From assembly GCA_965219995.1 (NCBI GenBank), contig CBDCOX010000002.1, forward strand, positions 2,624,001 to 2,688,000: a DNA stretch of 64,000 nucleotides. The letters run 5' to 3'. Shown piece after piece: positions 45,969 through 54,400 of the stretch. The position numbers and the translations under genes are program-made. Below the pieces are notes generated by a model. That model was given only the letters and a program-made list of their open reading frames with translations, was not told the origin of the DNA and did no database searches. The stretch is from Candidatus Latescibacterota bacterium (lineage in GTDB: Bacteria > Latescibacterota > UBA2968 > GCA-2709665). The number at the start of each line of letters is the position of its first letter. The stretch's first letter is position 1.

Positions 45969-47207
45969 TTACTGGAGCTCCAGGGTGGTTGTGCGACGTT
46001 GCGGATCGAAGGCGACGAGGGTGGCGCCGTTCTCCTCGTAGAAGGTCTGACTTCGGAAGGCGGCCCTGGTCGGGGCACTGGCGAGCGGCCTGCCGTCGAC
46101 CGCTACGGACCTGATCCCAGTCTCCCTGACGCACAACGTCAACTCCGGCATGCGGACGGGCAGGTCCAGCGTGACGGTGTTGCCTTCGAACGCGAGTTCG
46201 GCCATCTCCCGCATGATGGCGTAGGTTGTAATTTCGCTGCATTTGCGCCACCGGGTGCGTTCGCCGGCAGGGTCCCGTTCCTTCAGCCGGCGGACAACGG
46301 TCTTGAAGGCATTGAAGCCGCGGCGGTCGGCGTCGTGGAGTCCGTAAAAGCCCTGCCAGTGGCTGATGAGGACTGCCGGGTCGCCCGCATCGATAAGGGC
46401 CGGCAATCGTCCCCCCTGAAGGTCGGCGGTGATGTATTTGTCGGGGTTGACTTCCCCGTACCCCGTCCAGGACCCGGTCCAGTCTCCCGTGCCGGCGATG
46501 ATCTCGCCCATGGCCGTGCCCGCGTCGCGGTTTGGATACCACACGGGCGTCTCCACGGCGCCGTTCGACACGCGTTTGAACAGATAGGGCGTGGGGTTGC
46601 CCGTGACGCGTCGGCACGCGGCCTCGGCGCACCTGGCGTAGAAATCGAGCGGATTGCCGAATCCACCGGGCGACGTGACGCCGTCGGGCGTCAGGCCGAC
46701 GTTGTGGAGAATCTCGCATGCAAGCGCGATGTAGTCCGTAACCAGCTCTTCCCGGTCCGTAGGCAGTTGGTCCCAGCCCCACTGCTCCCAGAGGTTGGGG
46801 TCCACCGGCTTCAACGTATCCAGGTCCACCACGAACGTGTGGGTTATCATCTCCGGGGTAATATCGTAATTGGGTACGATGAACTCCCTGCACATATCCA
46901 GCCAGCTTTCCTGCTGGGCCTTGCTGAAGAGCGGCAGCCCATGGTCGATCCGCCCCAGCGCCGCCGGACACGGCACGACGCTGAATTTCCCTTTGACGCC
47001 TTCGTCGAGGCAGTATTCCGCGAATTCCCGGGTGAAGGACTCCGGGTGAACGACCGGTACGTCCTCCCAGCGGCGGCGCTGGCCGTCGATGGGGTTTCGG
47101 TCGCGCATGAAGAAGTAGTTGAGGTTGACCAGAAGGGTGGAGTCGTCGAAGATGATGGAGAGGGGCACGCGGTCCAGCGCGTGGCGGGAGATTTCGACGC
47201 GCATCAA
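45969..47207 (-). CDS. Hypothetical protein, polysaccharide-deacetylase-like barrel
   Basis: SIIFDD, GKFSVVP, EMITHT, GVTSPG and SHWQ; long ORF co-directional with its neighbours. Confidence 0.55.
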   Translation of the reverse strand: MMRVEISRHALDRVPLSIIFDDSTLLVNLNYFFMRDRNPIDGQRRRWEDVPVVHPESFTREFAEYCLDEGVKGKFSVVPCPAALGRIDHGLPLFSKAQQESWLDMCREFIVPNYDITPEMITHTFVVDLDTLKPVDPNLWEQWGWDQLPTDREELVTDYIALACEILHNVGLTPDGVTSPGGFGNPLDFYARCAEAACRRVTGNPTPYLFKRVSNGAVETPVWYPNRDAGTAMGEIIAGTGDWTGSWTGYGEVNPDKYITADLQGGRLPALIDAGDPAVLISHWQGFYGLHDADRRGFNAFKTVVRRLKERDPAGERTRWRKCSEITTYAIMREMAELAFEGNTVTLDLPVRMPELTLCVRETGIRSVAVDGRPLASAPTRAAFRSQTFYEENGATLVAFDPQRRTTTLELQ

Positions 47208-47274
47208 GGCCTCCGTCGGGGGTCCGGGTCGGCGAGATACGCCGTTTGCGGGCTATTGTGACCCGATTGAAATT

Positions 47275-48390
47275 TCAGCTCGGCAGCGCGGCTTCGAGGA
47301 CCTGCTTGAGGCGGCGGGCGACGAGGACGTCTTCGCCGGATTCCATCATGTAGGGCATGATTTCCACGCCGCTCCCCGTGTGGAAGAGTTCGATGCGCGG
47401 GTCGCCGTCCGAGAGTTGCCGCCTGGCCTCTTCCGGCGTGATTCGGACGGCTTCCGGATCCCAGTTGACGGCAAGCACCGGCGCGACGTTGGACCGTCCG
47501 GGCTGAAGGATTCCCGTCGTCAGGGCCGGGATATGGGCGATCTCATTCGCGATGGTTTCGAGGCGCCGCTCCCATTCTTGCCATTCCGCGGCATGGTCTC
47601 GCCTCACCCACTGTTCCACGGCGGCGAGGAGTCCCATCACTTCCTCCTTGCCCGCCTTCATCGGGCGGGCGAGCGAATGGTGCGGGGCGCCGTTCATGAA
47701 GGCGGCGTGGAGGATGTCCTTGCGTCCCAGAACGAGACCGGACGCCTGGGGTCCGCGAAGGCACTTGCCGCCGCTGTACGCGACCACGTCCACACCCTCC
47801 GACAGATAGGGATTGGGCACGTCCGGACGTTCCGCGGCCGCGTCGACGAACGTCGGCACGTCGTTTCTCCGGGCAATGGAGACCATGTCGGGCACGGAGA
47901 TGGAGCCCCGGTCGGCCGCGTCGCCGAAGATGGCGATCATGGCGATGGTTTCATCGATCGCATCATCCATTTCCCGAGGGGTTTCGACCTCGACGATTTC
48001 CACGCCGACCATGCGGATGGCGTGGTCGTAGACGTGGCGGTGGGATGGCTGCGTGATGACCCGGTTCTTCATGCCGGAGGTATCGGGCAGGCGTTTCATG
48101 CATTCGGGATCGAGACCCGCCACGCACGCCGCGGTAACCTGGCACAGCGCGGCGGCGCAGCCGCTGGTAACCATGCCCCACTCGCATGCCATCAGTTCAG
48201 CGATCCGGGCGCCCACCTTTTCCATCAGTTCGTCCAGGTGTACGTACGCTTTCGAGGCATCCTGTATGGCCTGGCGGACTTCCGGCAGCATCAGGGAACC
48301 CGAGATGATGGTGTAGGTTCCCATGCAATTGATCAGGGGACGAATCCCGAGCGACTCGTAAGAGACGCCGGATTGAGGCGGCATGGACAT
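47275..48390 (-). CDS. Second SelA-like/DgaE-like PLP-dependent enzyme
   Basis: LGIRPLINCMGTYTIISGS, FVDAAAE, YSGGKCLRGPQASG and RPMKAGKEE. Confidence 0.82.
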   Translation of the reverse strand: MSMPPQSGVSYESLGIRPLINCMGTYTIISGSLMLPEVRQAIQDASKAYVHLDELMEKVGARIAELMACEWGMVTSGCAAALCQVTAACVAGLDPECMKRLPDTSGMKNRVITQPSHRHVYDHAIRMVGVEIVEVETPREMDDAIDETIAMIAIFGDAADRGSISVPDMVSIARRNDVPTFVDAAAERPDVPNPYLSEGVDVVAYSGGKCLRGPQASGLVLGRKDILHAAFMNGAPHHSLARPMKAGKEEVMGLLAAVEQWVRRDHAAEWQEWERRLETIANEIAHIPALTTGILQPGRSNVAPVLAVNWDPEAVRITPEEARRQLSDGDPRIELFHTGSGVEIMPYMMESGEDVLVARRLKQVLEAALPS

Positions 48391-48589
48391 GGTCGGAATC
48401 CTGCTGGAGAAAGGTGCGGCAGATGGAGTTTTCCGTTCCGGCGGATGCCGGCGAGGACCGGCGCGCGCGTTCCGGGGAACCGATATCAAGAGTCTACAAC
48501 ATCCCCGGCGGGATTGCAAGTCCGATATCGCCCTGGAATTACGGGGCCTCCGGGTTGCCCGGCCTCCCCCGACTGATCATCGCCCAGCA

Positions 48590-48617
48590 TGTCATTCTGA
48601 GCGGAGCGAAGAATCTC
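48590..48617 (+). repeat. Single copy of a REP-like dispersed motif TGTCATTCTGAGCGGAGCGAAGAATCTC
   Basis: Resembles the widespread intergenic GTCATTCTGAGCGNAGCGAAGAATC motif (recalled, not searched); only one copy is visible here. Confidence 0.45.
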
Positions 48618-48829
48618 CCGTCTTCCGGATTGTCCCTGACGCCAACACGCGGGCAATACATGTGCGCGGAGACACCGTCGGCTCCGACCCGGGCAGACAG
48701 AAACTTCTGCCCCACCCTCATTCGGGCTCCTTCACGGTGCAGGGGCGTGGCGAATTGCCGGGCGGGCGGCACAGATTTGCGGCGACTTGCGGTCCTGCTA
48801 TCGCATTTTGCGACAGCAGGACGGGCATA

Positions 48830-51424
48830 CTACGCAGTCTGCCCGAACGCCCCGGCGAAGATGACAAAGTCTGAAAACCCGATCGTCCCGTCGCCGTCCA
48901 GGTCGCAGCGCGCGTCGTACCCCGTCCGGCCCCGGCTCGTTCCGAACTTCCCGGCGAATACCACAAAATCCCTGAAATCCACCGCGCCGTCGCCGTCCAC
49001 GTCGGGGCTGCCGTACGCCGTGGCCGTAAAGACCGCCGGCGCAAGGTCTATCGCCTGCGCCGCCACCGTGTGCACCCCCACCTTCGCGCCCAGCGTCAGG
49101 GTCGTGGCCGCACGCCCGCTCGTGTCGGCCCTGGCGGCCGTTGCCGAGACCGCGCCGCCGCCTTCGGTAACGGTAAACAGCAACGGGATGCCCGGGAACG
49201 GATCGCCGTCCTGATCCAGCACCGAGGCCACGAACGGCGCCGGCAGCGCCTTCCCCGCCACGCCCTGCTGTTCCTGCCCCGAGACCACCGCCACCCGATC
49301 GGGACGCCGGCGCACCCGCTCGGACGTGTCCCACAGCTCGACAGTATTCTGGATTGTTCCGGCGGCCAGCACCGACCCGTCAGGCCAATAGGCCAACTTT
49401 ACGGGCGCGCCCAGGTGCGGAAGCCGCTGCCGCACCCTGCCTGTCGCCACGTCCCGCACGATCAACAGCCCGCCGGCGCCCGCCGTGGCCAGGCTCTCCC
49501 CGTCCGGTGAAAACGTCAGATGATTGGTCCAATGTTCATGCACCAGCGGTAACTCGGCAAGAATGCGTTGCGCGGCCCAGTCCCACAGCACGATCAGCCT
49601 ATTGTCTATCGAGTCGGCAGCCAGGATGCGCCCGTCCGGCGAGAACGCGATCGTGCGGATCGGTCCCCCTCTTATGCGCACCAGCCGGTACCGTTCCTTC
49701 AACGCCTCGAGGTCCCAGATCCTGATGGTACCGTCGGAAGAACACGACGCCAGGATGCGCCCGTCGGGAGAAAACGCCACCTGTCGTACGCCGTTGGTAT
49801 GCCCTCTCAACACGCCCAGAATCTGCCGCGTGGCCACGTCCCACACCTTGATCGTGTCCTCATACGACGATCCCGATACCAGCGTGCCGCCGTCGGCGGA
49901 GAACGCCAGCGTAACGACCCGCCGGTTATGCCCTTCCAACCTGCCTGCCATCCGCCGCGTGGCCACGTCCCACAGCGTGATCTCACCGGAGACGGTCCCG
50001 GCAGCCAGCAGCGACCCGTCGGGAGAGAACGCCAGCGACAACGGTATGACGTTGTCGCGTCCGCTCATGGCCAGGGTGGCGATCTCCTCCCGCGTCTCCG
50101 TATCCCACAACTTGACGGTCTCGTCCGATGATCCTGACGCCAGCGTCGCCCCGTCCGGCGAGATTGCCACCCGATTCGCTTGGCCCGTATGCCCTTCCAG
50201 CGTCGCCAGGTGATACGGCGACCGCTGGATGAAGTCAAAACGAGTGAGTCCGATATCACCGCGCCTGTCAACCGCACTGAAAAAAATGGAATGGGACGGC
50301 GGGTCCGACAGCGTCCCCTCACGCGCAGACGGGATCGCGCCGTCATACTCGTACTCGATCACCGCTTCCTGCTCTCCCGACAGGAGACGGCACCCCACGA
50401 CTTCAGTGTAAGAAAAATCGGGAGTCGCCACCTTCGCGATCAACTGATGCAGGCCGTGCGGCGCAAAAAGCCGAACACGGATCGTGAGGCGCTCTGTTCC
50501 CTCTTCATAACGGCGAGGCGACAGCAGCTCGAAGGTCGGCAGCGCGTCCCGGTCGGTGTCCAGGGGCACGTCCGCGTTGAAATACACGTTCACCGACAGG
50601 AACGCCGCGCTGCAGGCAGACAATCGACTTTTTCCGCTCCATGACAGGACATAGTCGCCGTCGCGGAAGTCGTGCCATCCCATCCCGAACGCATGCGCAA
50701 GCTCGTGCACGCAGGTGCTGAATCGAAAACTGCCGGGAACGAGCACTACACCTCCGCCTTTTCCCCCGCCACCGATGCCACCAGCTCGGAAGCTGCGGCC
50801 GTAGGCTACCGATGACCCGTAGCCGTGGTCCAGCACGATGAAGAGCACGTTATTGGCACGACCATGATACTCCTGAAAAACCTCCTCTCCCACCCGGTCT
50901 AATGAGTAGACATTGTAATATCCACGCGGGTGGTCGCCGTCCACGCGGTGCACCACCGGCGCGCCATCCGCGTCCGCCTCATACCGGAACGTCATATACC
51001 CATGCCGGTGCGATTCCATCTGCTCGCCATAGAAATGCTGCATACGCACCATCATCGCCGTCATCGAATCGACCAGTGTCTGTCGGTACGGACGGTCGCT
51101 CGGCAGAAAATAGATCATCCGAACCGTGCGCGGCTCTCCCTCGTTCAGCTCTACCGCTTGCTTTCCCGCAACAGGCGTAGCCTCCCACCGCGCCTCGTCC
51201 AATACCACGCAGTGAAGCACACTGTCCGAAATCGCGGGCGACGCGCACGTCCCAACGGGCAGACACAGCAAGGCCGCGAAACACCACGACGACAAACGCC
51301 GAAGCAATCGATGAACCTCCCCTCTCTTCACGACCATATCACCTCCGTCGGCTACGCGTGCATGCTGCGGAGGCGGGCGCTGCGCAGGTCTCACACCTTC
51401 CTCAGCATCACAGCCAGGCATCAC
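48830..51424 (-). CDS. Secreted Zn-metallopeptidase (HExxH) + WD40 propeller + Ig-like + dockerin-like protein
   Basis: CVHELAHAFGMGWHD; about 7 WD40 repeats; Ig-like VSGQEQQG...PFVASVLD; C-terminus DVDGDGAVDFRDF...DLDGDGTIGFSDF. Alternative start at 51337. Confidence 0.85.
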   Translation of the reverse strand: MMPGCDAEEGVRPAQRPPPQHARVADGGDMVVKRGEVHRLLRRLSSWCFAALLCLPVGTCASPAISDSVLHCVVLDEARWEATPVAGKQAVELNEGEPRTVRMIYFLPSDRPYRQTLVDSMTAMMVRMQHFYGEQMESHRHGYMTFRYEADADGAPVVHRVDGDHPRGYYNVYSLDRVGEEVFQEYHGRANNVLFIVLDHGYGSSVAYGRSFRAGGIGGGGKGGGVVLVPGSFRFSTCVHELAHAFGMGWHDFRDGDYVLSWSGKSRLSACSAAFLSVNVYFNADVPLDTDRDALPTFELLSPRRYEEGTERLTIRVRLFAPHGLHQLIAKVATPDFSYTEVVGCRLLSGEQEAVIEYEYDGAIPSAREGTLSDPPSHSIFFSAVDRRGDIGLTRFDFIQRSPYHLATLEGHTGQANRVAISPDGATLASGSSDETVKLWDTETREEIATLAMSGRDNVIPLSLAFSPDGSLLAAGTVSGEITLWDVATRRMAGRLEGHNRRVVTLAFSADGGTLVSGSSYEDTIKVWDVATRQILGVLRGHTNGVRQVAFSPDGRILASCSSDGTIRIWDLEALKERYRLVRIRGGPIRTIAFSPDGRILAADSIDNRLIVLWDWAAQRILAELPLVHEHWTNHLTFSPDGESLATAGAGGLLIVRDVATGRVRQRLPHLGAPVKLAYWPDGSVLAAGTIQNTVELWDTSERVRRRPDRVAVVSGQEQQGVAGKALPAPFVASVLDQDGDPFPGIPLLFTVTEGGGAVSATAARADTSGRAATTLTLGAKVGVHTVAAQAIDLAPAVFTATAYGSPDVDGDGAVDFRDFVVFAGKFGTSRGRTGYDARCDLDGDGTIGFSDFVIFAGAFGQTA

Positions 51425-54400
51425 CCTCCCGGGCCCCCGCTGCCCGACGATGCGTCTTCTTCGATATAGCGCGTCAGGATCACCAAATCCGCCATGTTGA
51501 TTACGCCGTCCTTGTTCAGATCCATCCGCCGGTCAAAGTCCGCGTTCGCTGAGCGCAGCCCGAACTTCCGGTTGAACATCGCGGAATCCTTTGCATCGCG
51601 CCTTCCGTCGCCGTTGAAATCGCCGGGCCTCGCCACAGTCATGCTGAATGACGTCGTTACTCGCCGCTTGCCGCGGTCTTTCACGATGACCGTCACCTCG
51701 GCGCTGCCCAGCTGCGTGGGCGTACCGCTGATCCTTCCCGACGAGCTGATGGATATGCCGGCGGGCTCGCTCTCCAGAGAGTAACTGTACGGCGACCTGC
51801 CGCCGGATGCCGATACCTGGATCGCGTCCATATCCAGTTGCCACGTCACGACCACGTCCGAAATCGACGCGACAGACAGCGCGTTGCTCACGTACAGCTT
51901 GAACGAATCTGTGTCCGTGCTATCCTGCGCATCGGTTACCGTCACGGTCACCGTGGACGTGCTCGTAGCATTCGGCGTTCCGGTGATGCGGCCGGTCGTT
52001 GCGCTGATCTTGATCGTGATCGGCGCGCCCGACATCGAGAAGCTGTACGGTTTCTTTCCCCCGGTGGCGGATGCCGTGGTCGAAGGAAAGGCCTGGTTGA
52101 CGGTCGCGTCCTTGTCAGGGATGTCGCCGATATTCAATGGCGGTGGATCCACGCCGGTGATTTTGAAAGTACCGGTACCTTTACAGCCGAAACTGTCGGT
52201 CGCCGTCACCGTGGCTGTATACACGCCGGCCCTTTCTACGGTACCTTCTATCACCCCGCCAGACATCGTCACGTCCGACCCTGACGCCGGAACGACAGAC
52301 AGCGAAAAGGTATACGGCGACTTCCCTCCCGACGCCGTGGCAGTCATCGTGGGTATTTCGTCGCCTACCTTCACCTTCACGTCCTGTACACCTCCAACCG
52401 CGATCGTCGGACACGAGACCGTGATCTTGAATTTGCGCGTGCCCTCACAACCGCACGTGCTCCTCGCCGTCACCGTCACGTCAAACTCACCGGTCTCGGT
52501 GGGCGTGCCGCCGATGACACCGCTCGATGAGTTGATCGTCACTCCGTCCGGCTCTCCCGATATCGTATAGGTGTACGGCGACGTGCCGCCGGACGCCGTA
52601 GCGGTGCGCGATGGCATCGCCGTGCCCTTCGTCACCGTCACGTCATCGATTTCTTCGATGGAAATCGTCGGGCACGAGACCGTGATCTTGAATTCGCGCG
52701 TGCCCTCACAGCCGCACGCGCTCCTCGCCGTCACCGTCACGTCAAACTCACCGGTTTCGGTGGGCGTGCCGCCGATCTTTCCGGGCGTGTCGTCGATGTT
52801 TATGTTGACGCCCGCCGGCGCGTCCGACAGCGAATACGTATACGGCGACGTGCCGCCGGACGCCGTAGCGGTGCGCGACGGCATGGCCGCGCCCTTCGTT
52901 GCCGTCACGTCATCGATCTCTGCGATGGAAATCGTCGGACACGAGACCGCGATCGAGAAGGTGCACGACGCCGTGTTTTCCTCGCCATCGGCTACCGTCA
53001 CTGAAACGTTGAACGTACCCGTTTCCGTGGGTTTGCCGCTGATCTCTCCCGTGTCTCCGTCGATTCCCACCCCAGCCGGCGCTCCCGTCATCGAAAACGT
53101 ATAATCAGGGCATCCTCCACCAACGGACGGAGTGACCTTGGTGATGGCCGCGCCTTTCGTCGCCGTCTGGTCCGCCGGACACAAGATCGTCAGCGCCTTA
53201 CCGGGAACGGTGATCTTGAACGACTCTACATCGGTCGTCCGTCGTCCGTCGGTGACCTTTACCACCACCGGGTGATCGTCGCAGGCAGCCGAAGGCGGTA
53301 CCGTGCCCGTGATGCTGCCGCCGGAGGAGACGCGGATCCACGACGGTGTATTGCTGTTCGGTTTCTTCGAAAACGTCTTCGTGCCGCATCCCCCCGAAGC
53401 GGTCGCTGAGATCGAGATTGACGATCCCACCGCCTTCGTCACGTCTGCAATCGATCTGATGGTCAGTCTCGAAGCGGCCCCCACGGTGATCCGGAATGAC
53501 TCCTCGTCGGTCGTTCCTCTCCCGTCCGTCACACGTAACGTTACGTTGTGCGTCCTGCAGGCTGCCGAAGTCGGTACCGTGCCCGTGATGCTGCCGCCGG
53601 AGGAGACGCGGATCCACGACGGCGTATTGCTGTTCGGCTTCTTCGAAAACGTCTTCGTGCCGCATCCCCCCGAAGCGGTCGCCGCGATCGAGATTGACGA
53701 TCCCACCGCCTTCGTCACGTCTGCAATGGATTTGATGGTCAGCGTAGGACACGACACCGAAGGCGTGGCTTTCACGACGGACGAATCGCCGGGCGTGGCC
53801 GTCGCTTTTGCGCGCAGCTCGAAGGTGTATTCCGTATCGTTCGTCAGGTTCATCACGTGGTGGGTCGTCGTTGTGGCGCCGCTGCCCGATATATCGCTCC
53901 ACGTCGGCTGCGAGGGTCGGCTGCCGCTGTAATGCACAAGCTGGTACTTGGTAATGGCGGCATCGCCGGGATTGTCCCAATTCAGCGTCACCTTCCCGTC
54001 GCCTGCTGTTGCTTCGAGGTTGGCAGGCGCGGCGGGGACGGGAGTGGCCGCCGCCATCGAAGAATCGCCGAGGGTGACCGTCGCTTTCGCGCGCAGCTTG
54101 AACGTATACGCCGTCCCGTTGGTCAGACCCGTCACCGTGTGTTCGGTGGTGCTTGCGCCCGTTCCGGAAACATCGCTCCAGTCCTGAACCACCGTGGTCC
54201 CGCGACCATACTTGAGCTGGTACACGGTGATGCCCGCATCGCCGGGATCGTCCCACTCCAGGGCCACCTGTCCGACGCCCGCCGCGGCCGTCAGGTTGGC
54301 AGGCGCGGCAGGCAACGGCGTGGCCGTCACCTCCGACGAATCGCCGGCGGCGTCCGTCGCCTTCGCGCGCAGCTTGAAAGTATACGCCGTCCCGCTGGTC

